Below, one piece after another: positions 18,124 through 28,700 of a stretch of 53,175 bases of DNA. The position numbers and the translations under genes were made by a program. Source of the stretch: a virus (Duplodnaviria; Caudoviricetes). The stretch covers positions 1 to 53,175 of the IMG/VR virus record IMGVR_UViG_3300032087_001346. The stretch is one strand, 5' to 3'. Position 1 is the stretch's first letter. Each line of letters begins with the position of its first letter. The notes under the pieces were generated by a model that was not told the origin of the DNA, searched no databases, and saw only the letters and a program-made list of their open reading frames with translations.

Positions 18124-18485
18124 TGTTAAAATATTTTACAATTTTTTATCTGTTTCTTTTTTCTTTAAATAGTTATGCAAATGAATTTGATGTAGATAAT
18201 AATAGAGATATAATAACATATAAAAGTTTCTGTGTAGAAGAAGGGGCAATACTGGCTGTAGCTTATGGTCTAACAAAATCAAAAAAAGAAGCTGATGAAA
18301 TATTTTGGAAGTTGTCCTTAGAAGAAAGATGTTATTACAGTTCTTTTATTTTAAGTGGCAAGGTATTAGAAGAGACATATAAATTTAATGACTTTGCAGG
18401 AAGGTCTATAGGCGTAATTAAAATAAATATGGGCGAAAATAACATAGGCTATGTCCTGATTATTTATCCAACTTTAGGGGTTTAA
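18123..18485 (+). CDS. AT-rich exported protein (moron-like)
   Basis: Signal peptide MLKYFTIFYLFLFSLNSYA; two Cys. Confidence 0.6.
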   Translation: MLKYFTIFYLFLFSLNSYANEFDVDNNRDIITYKSFCVEEGAILAVAYGLTKSKKEADEIFWKLSLEERCYYSSFILSGKVLEETYKFNDFAGRSIGVIKINMGENNIGYVLIIYPTLGV

Positions 18486-18488
18486 AGA

Positions 18489-19673
18489 ATGGCAAGCACG
18501 TACACTACAAATATTCGACTAGAAAAACAGGCTGATGGTGAAAACCCTAACTCTTGGGGTGATATTCTAAATCAGAATGTTATTGATCTTGTCGATCAGG
18601 CAGTAGCAGGTTATCAGATTGTCTCTGTTAGCGGAACTACCCCTATTACTTTAACAGAGCTAGATGGTGTAACAGATCAGTCGCGTAATGCGGTACTGTC
18701 TTTTGATGGAACATTAACCGCAGAAACTTCAATTATTATTCCTTCAAACGATAAGACATACTTTGTTAGAAATAATACTTCTGGTTCATTTGCTCTTAAA
18801 ATTAAAACTCTTGGTAATACTGCCAGTGTTTTAGAGCAGGGCCAAAACATTATGATTGCTACGGATGGAACTAATATCTATCAAAGTTCTTTCCCTACAT
18901 CAGTTAGTGCATTTACTGTTAATAGCCTTACTGCTACATCAGTATCTACTAGCGTTCTTAATGCTACAGAAGTATCTACCAGTATTTTTAGCGCAACTCA
19001 GATCAACGCCACCTCAGTGTCAGCAGTATCTGGCAGATTTTCAGGAACAGTGTCTGCTTCTGCTTTTGATGGTTTGGGAAATAACTTAATTTATGGTGGT
19101 GATGCTCAAGGAGATATTCTTTATAATAACGGGACAAACATACAAAATTTAGCTGCAGGAACTTCAGGTCAGTTCTTAAAAACACAAGGCTCAGGAGCTA
19201 ATCCTGTATGGGCAAGTCCATTACCTTCTCCTGTTTATGTTGAAAGTGCCGCTGCTGTAAGTTTAGGCGCTTCTCCTATTCCTTCCGATAATACTATTCC
19301 TCAAATTACAGAAGGAAATCATATTACACAGTTAGAATGTTCAATTACCCCTGAAAGTTCTGGCAGTAGAATTGAAGTGAATGCACTTGTAAATTTAGGA
19401 ACTGCGGTTGGTGGTAATATAACATTAGCCTTATTTAAAAATTCTGTCACAGATGCAGTTGCATCTTATCCTTTTCAAATAGCTACTGCAAACAATGGCG
19501 TTCATACGGCTTATATTCGATATAGTGTTTCAGTATCTAATACAAATCCTATTCAATTTAGTTTTAGAGCAGGAGAAAATACCTCGCAAGAAATTTTCTT
19601 GAATAGGGGCGGTATTATACAGGGAGGTGGTACTGTCATTTCATCAGTGAAAATAAGCGAATTTAATCAGTAG
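18489..19673 (+). CDS. Tail fibre / tail spike-like protein
   Basis: MASTYT..LEKQ.DGEN..WG N-terminus; QGDILY..LAAGTSGQFLKTQG.GANPVW knuckle. Confidence 0.75.
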   Translation: MASTYTTNIRLEKQADGENPNSWGDILNQNVIDLVDQAVAGYQIVSVSGTTPITLTELDGVTDQSRNAVLSFDGTLTAETSIIIPSNDKTYFVRNNTSGSFALKIKTLGNTASVLEQGQNIMIATDGTNIYQSSFPTSVSAFTVNSLTATSVSTSVLNATEVSTSIFSATQINATSVSAVSGRFSGTVSASAFDGLGNNLIYGGDAQGDILYNNGTNIQNLAAGTSGQFLKTQGSGANPVWASPLPSPVYVESAAAVSLGASPIPSDNTIPQITEGNHITQLECSITPESSGSRIEVNALVNLGTAVGGNITLALFKNSVTDAVASYPFQIATANNGVHTAYIRYSVSVSNTNPIQFSFRAGENTSQEIFLNRGGIIQGGGTVISSVKISEFNQ

Positions 19674-19679
19674 ATATAC

Positions 19680-21548
19680 ATGGCAAGCACTGCAGCAAAT
19701 CTTTTTAAGCTCAATCTAAGACCGGGCATTCATCGAGAGTCTACTTCTTACTCAGAAGATGGCTCTTGGTATGATTGTGATCGTGTTCGTTTTAGAGAAG
19801 GTAAGCCAGAAAACTTTAGAGGATATGAAAAGCATCTTAACTCTACATTTGATGGTGTATCCAGAGACTTAATAACATGGCAAAGTAATAATACTGAAAA
19901 GTTACTTTCATTTGGTACAGAACAAAAATTATATGTTCTTACCAACGATATTATTTATGACATAACTCCTATTGTCAGTACCGTAACAGTAGGTACAGAC
20001 GGAACTGTAGGTAGTCTAGCAACAAGCGTTGGTTCTAATAAAATCGAAGTTAGTTTAAATTCTCATGGTGTGTCAGTAAATGACTACATTTTCTTTACTA
20101 GCGCATCAATTAATAATTTTGCTACAACTGACTTTGCTGCAAGTAGCTTTGGTGGGCCTGTTTACAGGGCTGTAAGCACCAGTGGATTAAACCACTTTTA
20201 TATTAGTACAACAAGTGCAGCAACAGGTACAGATACAAACGCTGGCACAGCAACACTAAACTTTCTTTTACCTACAGGAAATTTAAATAACATTCAGGGT
20301 TTAGGCTATGGTGCTGGCGTATATAATGCTGGCGCTTCGATTACTGGTGAAAGAGCATGGAATAGTCCAGCTAATTCTTCTAACATTACGTTCTTAGCAA
20401 CTCAATGGTCATTAGATAACTATGGCGAAGACATGCTTGCTGTTCGTCGTGGTAGTCAATTATTTCACTGGGATGCAGATGCTAGCACCTCACCAGAAAG
20501 AGCAACTATTGTAGCTACTGCGCCAACAAGTATAAACAGTATTGTTGTTTCTCCTAATGATAGACATGTTATTGCTTTTGGTACAAATGAGTTTGCTTCA
20601 GGAACTTTTAATCCACTGCTTATTAGATGGTCAGATCAAGAAGACTATACCAACTGGACACCTTCAGTGTCATCTACATCTGGTGAAATACAAGTAGTAG
20701 ATGGTACTACATTAAAGGGCGGTGTTCGTACACGTAATGCAATACATGTCTGGACAGATAAGGCAATGTATGCGCTACAGTATGTTGGTCCACCATTTAT
20801 CTTTTCTCTTGCACAGCTAGGTTCTAACTGTGGATTAATCTCACCACATGCCGCAGTAAATGTAGATGGTATTTCATTTTGGATGAGTGAGAATAACTTT
20901 TATATCTTTGATGGTAGAGTTAAAAAACTAGACTGTACTGTTCGTAGATACTTGTATGATGATTTTAATATGACTCAATCAGATAAAGTCTATGCCGCAG
21001 TAAACTCAGAGTTTCATGAAGTTATCTGGTTTTATCCTAAAGAAGGATCACAAGAACCAGACGCTTATGTAATTTATAATTATGAAGAAGATACGTGGGC
21101 ATATGGTACTAGCTTCTATACGACATTTAAAGATGCTACTGTCTTTACTAATACGATTGCTCTAGGACAAGTATCTGCAGCGGCTGACCAATATATCTGG
21201 GATAATGAACCTACATCTGTCTTTACTGGCGATGGTCAGGCATTGACATCTTTTCTACAGTCCGCAGACTTTGATATAGAAGATGGTAATAATCTTATGT
21301 TCATGGATAAAATTATTCCTGATTATACTATCAATCAAGGTGCTATTCAATTTTCTGTTAATCTAAAAGAATACCCTGCTTCTAACTACTCTGAAAAAGG
21401 ACCGTTTGAAATTAATACTGTAACTCAAAAGGTAGACTTTAGAGCCAGAGGAAGACAGGCTAATGTAAGAGTATCCTGTGATAGTTTTAATACTTCATGG
21501 AAGTGGGGTAGTGTACGCTTGGCAGTTCAGTCAGATGGTAAACGCTAA
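19680..21548 (+). CDS. Tail tubular B / head-closure (stabilisation) protein
   Basis: PGI..WYDCDRVRFR, IRWSDQE, NCGLI motifs; 622 aa, beta-rich. Confidence 0.8.
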   Translation: MASTAANLFKLNLRPGIHRESTSYSEDGSWYDCDRVRFREGKPENFRGYEKHLNSTFDGVSRDLITWQSNNTEKLLSFGTEQKLYVLTNDIIYDITPIVSTVTVGTDGTVGSLATSVGSNKIEVSLNSHGVSVNDYIFFTSASINNFATTDFAASSFGGPVYRAVSTSGLNHFYISTTSAATGTDTNAGTATLNFLLPTGNLNNIQGLGYGAGVYNAGASITGERAWNSPANSSNITFLATQWSLDNYGEDMLAVRRGSQLFHWDADASTSPERATIVATAPTSINSIVVSPNDRHVIAFGTNEFASGTFNPLLIRWSDQEDYTNWTPSVSSTSGEIQVVDGTTLKGGVRTRNAIHVWTDKAMYALQYVGPPFIFSLAQLGSNCGLISPHAAVNVDGISFWMSENNFYIFDGRVKKLDCTVRRYLYDDFNMTQSDKVYAAVNSEFHEVIWFYPKEGSQEPDAYVIYNYEEDTWAYGTSFYTTFKDATVFTNTIALGQVSAAADQYIWDNEPTSVFTGDGQALTSFLQSADFDIEDGNNLMFMDKIIPDYTINQGAIQFSVNLKEYPASNYSEKGPFEINTVTQKVDFRARGRQANVRVSCDSFNTSWKWGSVRLAVQSDGKR

Positions 21549-21817
21549 TGGCTTTTCTTTATCCAGAATTACCTCGATATACAAACACAGAGGATTTGAC
21601 TAAAGTTTATGATACTCTTCTTGCTTATGCTGGACAGTTAAAGTTTTTGCTTGAGGCAAGAGACATACAGGTAGATGCAGCGCCAGCTACGAAAGTGTAC
21701 ACTGTCGTTAGTGTGTCTGAAATAGGAAGACCTGCTAATGGTGACATAGCCTTTTCTGCTAGCGCAAGTAAGTTTAGAGGATATGTAGAAGGTACTGGAT
21801 GGGTGGACTTTAACTAA
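21548..21817 (+). CDS. Small tail protein
   Basis: C-terminal GDIAF..KFRGY..GWVD. Confidence 0.65.
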   Translation: MAFLYPELPRYTNTEDLTKVYDTLLAYAGQLKFLLEARDIQVDAAPATKVYTVVSVSEIGRPANGDIAFSASASKFRGYVEGTGWVDFN

Positions 21818-22032
21818 TGTATGACTATAAGAAAGTTTTAGAAGTAATAAATCAAAATACATTTATAGAAAATGTAAACAAAGGCATAGTACAACCACCT
21901 GATTTTTTTGGTGCTACAAAGTCTGAAGGTATGGCATATTCAAAAGGTTCACTGTATAATAGTGAGAATACATTACATGCAGACATGACTGTACCTCAGT
22001 CTAACTACATGGATATTAGGAGATGTTTATAA
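21817..22032 (+). CDS. Hypothetical protein
   Basis: Coupled ORF in the operon. Confidence 0.55.
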   Translation: MYDYKKVLEVINQNTFIENVNKGIVQPPDFFGATKSEGMAYSKGSLYNSENTLHADMTVPQSNYMDIRRCL

Positions 22033-23339
22033 TGGCTTTACCATTCGAGGGTTTAGACAGGCTTGCAGATATTCAGCAACTACGAGAAGCTGCTCAACGC
22101 CCTGCTCAAGTACAACAAATGCAAATGCCATCTCCTGATGCTGGTCTACAGAGTTTAGGCCAACAAGAAGTAGATGTAGCTACTGGCGTACCTGTTGGTT
22201 TTAATCCCTCTGATGCTATGGGTCAGGTTATGAATACTGCTGGTCAATATGCTATGGCTAATCCACAAAAGACAGGACCATTTGCTGCGGCGCTAGCTGC
22301 TTTTGGTGCTGGCAGTGAAGCTGCTAATATGATTGATAACCGTGTAAGGGAAGAGTCTGAAAGAGAAGACTTGTCTGCGGTTAGAGACATGGCGCAAGGA
22401 TTACCAGACCGTACTAAAACTGTAATGCCTACAACAACTATGCGGCAAAACATTCCTTTTGAAATTCAGGAAGAAGTACAAGTAAGCGAAATGTCTCCCC
22501 AAGAGAGTTTGTCTGGTATTCTTACAATGCAAGATGGTGGAAAAGTAGACTCAAACTCTAATGAGGAATATTTTGAAGAGGTTGTAAGGCCATTAGAGTT
22601 TGGAGATGCTTACTTTAACGTCCCAAAATATTATAATAAAAATACTAATTCATATGTTGCTTATGAAGATTCTGAAGGAAAACTAACATTTGGTGCTGGT
22701 GTTTTAGTAGACAAAGATTTAATGAAAAGCATGGGCAAAAAGAGCTTTAAAGTTGGTGATGAAATAAGCCAATCTACTATTGATAATGAAGCTCTTAAAA
22801 GATGGAACAGTTCTGTAAGACAAGCAAAAGAGCTTTATCCTAACTTAACTAATAAGCAAGTAAATCCCATTGCAGAAATGGTATATCAAATGGGTAAAGC
22901 GGGTGTTAATCAGTTTAAAGACATGAGAAAAGCTATTGAAGCTGGAGATGCAGATGCTGCTAAAAAAGCAGCTTTAGCCTCTAAATGGGCAAAACAAACT
23001 CCAAAAAGAGCAAAAGAAGTTGCAGAAAGACTTAGAGCATCATTTCGTAAGGGCGGTGATATAGGAAAATATTTTGAAGGTCAAGTAGAAGGTGAAGGTG
23101 ATGGAATGTCTGATGAGATTACCTTTAGGGTTGAAGGTGGTAATCCAGACTATGCCCTTCTAAGTAAGGATGAGTATGTCTTACCTGCAGATGTAGTTTC
23201 TATGTTAGGTAATGGTTCTTCTGATGCTGGTTCAGATGAGTTGGATCAGTTTGTAAAAGACACACGCAAGCAAGCCTTTGGCAGAGAGGAACAGCAAACG
23301 CAGATTGATGCAGAGGAAGGATTAAGTTCGTTAGTATAG
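22032..23339 (+). CDS. Internal virion protein with T4-type (GH24) lysozyme domain
   Basis: AYEDSEGKLTFG.G, EMVYQMG..GV..F..M, SKWAKQTPKRAKEV; C-terminal GDGMSD..EYVLPADVV..LGNGSSDAG domain. Confidence 0.8.
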   Translation: MALPFEGLDRLADIQQLREAAQRPAQVQQMQMPSPDAGLQSLGQQEVDVATGVPVGFNPSDAMGQVMNTAGQYAMANPQKTGPFAAALAAFGAGSEAANMIDNRVREESEREDLSAVRDMAQGLPDRTKTVMPTTTMRQNIPFEIQEEVQVSEMSPQESLSGILTMQDGGKVDSNSNEEYFEEVVRPLEFGDAYFNVPKYYNKNTNSYVAYEDSEGKLTFGAGVLVDKDLMKSMGKKSFKVGDEISQSTIDNEALKRWNSSVRQAKELYPNLTNKQVNPIAEMVYQMGKAGVNQFKDMRKAIEAGDADAAKKAALASKWAKQTPKRAKEVAERLRASFRKGGDIGKYFEGQVEGEGDGMSDEITFRVEGGNPDYALLSKDEYVLPADVVSMLGNGSSDAGSDELDQFVKDTRKQAFGREEQQTQIDAEEGLSSLV

Positions 23340-23768
23340 ATGGAAGTAACACAGATTAGGTCTAATTGCATAGAAGTTACATGGCCGTATGTAAAGGATT
23401 TACTGGCCAAACCATTAGAAAGAAATTCAGGGGAATATAATTTAGAAGATATCTATAAATTACTTGTAAACGAAAGTATGCAGCTATGGTTGGGGTTAAG
23501 TGAAAAGAATGGAATTGTAGTTGCTGCTATAACACAGTTAAATAAATATCCTAGAATGAATACCGTTACTATTGCTTTAGTAGGAGCAAAGACAAATACA
23601 ATAGATGAGTGGTTAGATTATTGTGTCTCTGACGAATCAGCTATTGTAAAGTATGCCAAAGAAAACAATGCAAAGCATATAGAAATAATTGCCAGAGATG
23701 GATGGAAAAGAAAACTAGAAAAGTTTAATTATAAAAAATACGCCACTGTATTAACCAAGGAATTGTAA
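23340..23768 (+). CDS. GNAT-like protein in the ejection module
   Basis: QLWL..AAIT..YP..RDGW.R.L pattern; position typical of podovirus acetyltransferase-like genes. Confidence 0.55.
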   Translation: MEVTQIRSNCIEVTWPYVKDLLAKPLERNSGEYNLEDIYKLLVNESMQLWLGLSEKNGIVVAAITQLNKYPRMNTVTIALVGAKTNTIDEWLDYCVSDESAIVKYAKENNAKHIEIIARDGWKRKLEKFNYKKYATVLTKEL

Positions 23769-23770
23769 TA

Positions 23771-25729
23771 ATGAATATGGAAAACAAATTCTCTAAACTA
23801 CTTTCAGACTACTCTACAGAGGAAAAGATATTTCTTTATAACTCTTTGTATGAAGAGTTGTCTGGTAAAGGTATTTGTGGTGATACAGAACTGGCTCATG
23901 TCAATAAACATGAGATGGCTGTTCTTCGTGCTATGGGTGGTTCAGGCACGATCAACGAGAATACTCAGTGTGTGCAGTTCTTTGGTTCACCTCCTCCACC
24001 TCCTCCAGTTACAACAACTTCTGTCCAGACAAGAGAAATTCCTGAAGAACTAAGGCCATATGTAAGAGAAGTTTTATCTGAAGCGCAGGATATTTATAAG
24101 ACAAGGAAGGAAGAAGGTTATGTTCCTTACACTGGCGAAGAGATTGCACCATTCTCGCCAGAACAGGAAAGAGCTTATACTCTTACTGCGGAACAGGTAG
24201 GTCAGGCGCAAAGGTATGCAACACCCGCCGCAGCTTTTGCTACAATGGCGGGAATTGCTCCAAGTGGACAAGAAATTGCCAGCTACATTGATCCTTTTAC
24301 TCAGCAAGTAATTGATATTCAGGAGCGAGAAGCTCGTCGTGCGGCGGATATTCAGGCACAGGAACAAGCTGTTAGAGCAGTTCAGGCTGGTGCTTTTGGT
24401 GGAAGTAGAGAGGCTATTCTTGAAGCAGAACGGCGTAGAGGCTTAGAGCAAGAGATTGGTGATATTCGAGCAAGAGGTTTAAGCGCAGCATATCAACAGG
24501 CATTGGAACAGGCGCAAGCACAGCGTCAGCGTCAATTAGGTGCAGCATCTGCGCTTACTGGATTAGCACAAGTTGCTCCTGCTGCTACTGCAGAAGAAAT
24601 AGCAAGGTTAGAAGCTGTAGGTGCAGCAAGGCGTGGACAAACTCAAGCTGGCCTTGATATTAGCCAGAGAAAGTTTTTAGAGGAAAGAACTTTTCCAGAA
24701 GCTACTCTTGCTCAATATTCCCAGTTTATTCAACCTACACAGCAAACACTTGGCGCTGCAGGAACAACAACAGCAACAGGACCGGGACAAGCACAGCCTA
24801 CTTACCTACAACAAGCGTCTGGGTTTTTGGGTAGTTTGGGGAAGGCTTATGCTGCATATAAGAGTGATCCTAGAGAAAAAACAGATATTAAAAAAATAGG
24901 AACGGATGATGCTACTGGTTTAGCAATGTATTCGTTTAGATATAAAGATGATCCTAAAACTTATCCTAAAGTTGTTGGTCCTATGTCTGATGAAGTTAAA
25001 GAAAAGTATCCTGAACTTGTATCAGAAATTGATGGTGTAGAGGTTGTTGATTTTGGTGGACTAGCTTCTATTGCTAATATGAATAAAGAAGAAAACTCAG
25101 TTGCTCTACAGGCGGGAGGTTTAGTAGGTGATCCTAGATTTTCTTATATTCCTGATCCAGAAGATGAGCCATATGAATTTACTAAAGAGGAACAAGCAAT
25201 TTTAGACGAAGCAAATGAACGAGGATTTCTTGAAACGGTAAGTTCAGGCCTTTCTTCACTAGGTGATTTTTTGATGGAACGTCCTAAGACTGGTGATCCG
25301 TATCGAGAAGCTATGCAAGGATCGACACGGCTAGATCGTATTAGTGATTTATTAATTGGTTATTCGCAAGCTGACCCGTCTAAACCTTTAGGTATTCAAT
25401 TAGGACAAGCTGCTGCTGTTGCATCTAAAAAGGAAGAAGCAGAAAGACAGCGCAAATTACTAAACGCTATTAAGCGGGAAGAATTACGGCAAGCCGGAGA
25501 ACTATTGGGGATTAGAGCCAAGACGGCAGGTGTACTAACCCCAATACAAAGACAAGAGGTAGTAAAGAAAATAAGAGAAACTTTTGATAGGGATTTGTTA
25601 TTAGCTAACAGAATTAATTATGGTGCTGATCCACAGGTAGTAGCTGAAATAAACAAACAGTTGAGAGAGATAGGCGAAGAAAAACCTAAAACACCTCCAA
25701 AAGATTTAGTATTTAAAACATCGAGGTAA
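23771..25729 (+). CDS. DNA ejection/transfer protein with internal peptidase S74-like domain
   Basis: GDTELAHVN..E..L..GGSGTIN; AGAFGGSR; SDPREK.DI..Y.FRY..G.M..EV...PE.V. Confidence 0.75.
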   Translation: MNMENKFSKLLSDYSTEEKIFLYNSLYEELSGKGICGDTELAHVNKHEMAVLRAMGGSGTINENTQCVQFFGSPPPPPPVTTTSVQTREIPEELRPYVREVLSEAQDIYKTRKEEGYVPYTGEEIAPFSPEQERAYTLTAEQVGQAQRYATPAAAFATMAGIAPSGQEIASYIDPFTQQVIDIQEREARRAADIQAQEQAVRAVQAGAFGGSREAILEAERRRGLEQEIGDIRARGLSAAYQQALEQAQAQRQRQLGAASALTGLAQVAPAATAEEIARLEAVGAARRGQTQAGLDISQRKFLEERTFPEATLAQYSQFIQPTQQTLGAAGTTTATGPGQAQPTYLQQASGFLGSLGKAYAAYKSDPREKTDIKKIGTDDATGLAMYSFRYKDDPKTYPKVVGPMSDEVKEKYPELVSEIDGVEVVDFGGLASIANMNKEENSVALQAGGLVGDPRFSYIPDPEDEPYEFTKEEQAILDEANERGFLETVSSGLSSLGDFLMERPKTGDPYREAMQGSTRLDRISDLLIGYSQADPSKPLGIQLGQAAAVASKKEEAERQRKLLNAIKREELRQAGELLGIRAKTAGVLTPIQRQEVVKKIRETFDRDLLLANRINYGADPQVVAEINKQLREIGEEKPKTPPKDLVFKTSR

Positions 25730-25735
25730 AAAATA

Positions 25736-28700
25736 GTGGCTGAAGCTCAAGAACAGACTCAGGAAGTACCTTCTGAAAATGAAAGGTCATATGAAAGTAT
25801 AATCGCTGATAACGATTCAACTGACAGAATCTATTCTATTCTAAGAGATTTGAATGTAGATGTAGACTACAACAATAAAAAAGATATTGTTGATTCTTTC
25901 CTTACAATAAGAAGATTTTTTGAAAATAACTTACTTGCTGCACCGTATGCCAAGGGTGTTGTCGATGATATGAGTGACGACAACAAGATATTGCTTGGTT
26001 ATGCCCTAAAAGAAACTGATAAAATTCCTACTATCGGAGAAGGTTCTGCTCCTCTCGCTCCAAAGCTACGTGATTATTTTCTAGCTGGTGTTAGTGATCC
26101 TACAAATTTATTGTCTGCAGTTGCAGCGGCATTTACTTTAGGTTCAGGTGGTGCTGCAGCATTAGCAGCAAAAGAAGCTGGTAGGCAGGGTCTTAAAAAA
26201 TATATTAATGCAAAGATTAAAGCTGCAGTAAGCAAGCCAGCGTTAGCTAGTTATGCCGTTGAAGGTACTGTTGCTGGTACTGGTGGAGTAGCAACAAATG
26301 TTATAAATCAAAAGATTCAGCAAGAGGTTGGTCTAAGAGATAAAGACGATGGCCTTGATATTTCTGAAGCTGCTCTTCAAGGCATTATTGAGGGTGTAGC
26401 ATCACCTGTAATTGGTGTGGTTGGTAATGTTGCTGGCGGTGCTGGATATCAGCTAGGAAAAAGAGCAGGTAGAAAAACTTTAGATTTACTTCCTGAAAAT
26501 GCAAGAGAAGGAGTAGAGTCGGGCGTTGCATGGATGGAACGTAATCTACTTCCTGCCGGTGCTACTACTGAAGACCAGCGCCGTTTAATTGAAAGACAGG
26601 CAGGACAAGTATCTTCTCTAAAGGATGAGGCGGAAAACTTACAACAACAATTTACTACTGTTCTTGAAAGAGATTTTGAGAAAGGAGATTATGCTTCAGA
26701 AGCTAGCCTCATAAATAAAGCACTAGAGGGAGATAGGAATAGTCTTACAGCCGTAGCGGAAAAGAGCGAAGAGGCTGGTAAAGTAATAAATGATTTCTTT
26801 AATCTTAGAGAAAGAGCATATACCTTTGCAAATGAATCTGGTTTAAATAAGAAGACTAAGGGTTTGTTTGAAAAAGACCCTAATTATGTCAGGAATGTTC
26901 CTGAGAAGTGGGTTGTTACTAAACGTGCTGAAAAGTATGAAGATTTTATAAAACGTAATCCAGATATACTTGATGATTTACGTGAGGACATGCTGTTAAA
27001 TCCTGAAAATAAATCGTGGGTTAAATATACAAACAGGTACATATCAAAGAATGATGCTGGTGAAAATATAGAGACACTAGCAAATGACGAAGTTGAAAAA
27101 ATTGTAAGGTCTGCGGGTAAAGATTTATACGCGCCAACAAAAAGATTTAAAAAAGAAACTGGCGCGTTTGACCCACGCAAGACTGTAATGGAAAATAGAC
27201 AGCAAGTCTATGACATAGAGCTTCAAAGATTAAAAGACATGCCATCCAATAAGAATGTGTCTGTAAAAACTTTGGAAAAGAAAGCAGACAAAGCTACTGA
27301 TAAACTTATGAAGAGTGCATTAACTCCTACAATAAAAAAGTTTATTGGTTACAATCAAATTCCTGCTCTTCGTTTAACAGAAACTATTAATGGTATTGTA
27401 GATACTGCTTCAAGAGTTAATGTGGCTAGGGATGTAGCGGCTGATGGTGTTAGAAGGGGCATTGCTGTTTCTGTGCCAGTTGATGCTGTAAATCCAGAAG
27501 CTATTGCAAGACAGCAACTAGGAGAAGATGTTGTTCCTCTTGTTGGTTCATTTAAAAAAATAGCTGGTGGAGAAAGAGAAAAGAATGCAGCAATGAAACT
27601 GCCACTCCAAGCTATAGATGATTCGTTAAAGAATGTCTACATTACAAAGACAGAAGGAAATCGAATTAAAGAACTTTTTAATGAAGGTTTTGCAAACGAT
27701 ATTTATACTAGGTCTGATTTGATAGGAGCTACAGCCAGAATATTTTCCGGTACGCAAGGTTTAGCAAAGTCTGGTAAGACCTTTTATTCTCCTTTAGGTA
27801 GTGTTAGAAATATTGTTGGTGGTGCTGGGTATGTAGTAACAAGCGGAAATTTGCGTGGTCTTGTGGATGGTGCTAAATATTTGTCTTCTTTAAATAAAGA
27901 AGCGAGACAAGAAATAATAGATGAGTATACCGCGTTAGGTATTAGAGGATCGAATATTGATTTAAACCAAACTCTAAAACAATTTGGAGATATTTCTGAT
28001 AAAATAGATGATGGAACTATAATTGAACGTCTAGTTAAAAGCGGTGGTTTAGCTGCTTTTGGAAAACCCGGATCAAAACTTGCAAAGAAAGCCAGAGACT
28101 TTTATGGGGGAGTTGATGACTACTTCAAAGGAGTAGCTGTCTTTGCCAATGAAAAAAGAAAAGCAACAAAGGTATTTGATTCATATTCTAAAGAACAACA
28201 AGCAGCTAAGTTAGCTGAGTTTGACCAGACATTTAATGTTGGTAGAGGAACTTCTACCAAAGAAGATTATATAAAGGAAATAGCTGCTCAGAAAACTTTG
28301 AACTTAACTCCGGTGTATGGCCGTATTCCAAAGATATTAGAGAAGATGCGAGCAGTTCCAGTTCTAGGTTCTTTCACTGCCTATCCTGCAGAGCGTATTC
28401 GCAATACATATAATCTGTTTAAGATTGCAACGGATGAAATGCGTGAGGGTTTTGAAACTGGAAATAAACAACTATATAAGCAGGGAATATCGAGGCTAGG
28501 GCAGTGGTCTGCTGCACAAGGCGCGTTGTATACTGCTGCATATGCTATTAATGAGATGAATGGATTTAGCGATGCTGTTGACGCTCTTCGAGGGGTTATA
28601 CCTGAGTGGGACAAAAACGCTGCAATAGTTATAACTGGTAAAGATAGTAAGGGAATGCCTAAATATGTGAACCTAAGTTATCTTCATCCTGATAGTCAGT

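Noticed and set aside
15697-19673. Diversity-generating retroelement acting on tail fibres
   Set aside because: No reverse transcriptase; repeat differences are mostly synonymous and not adenine-specific.
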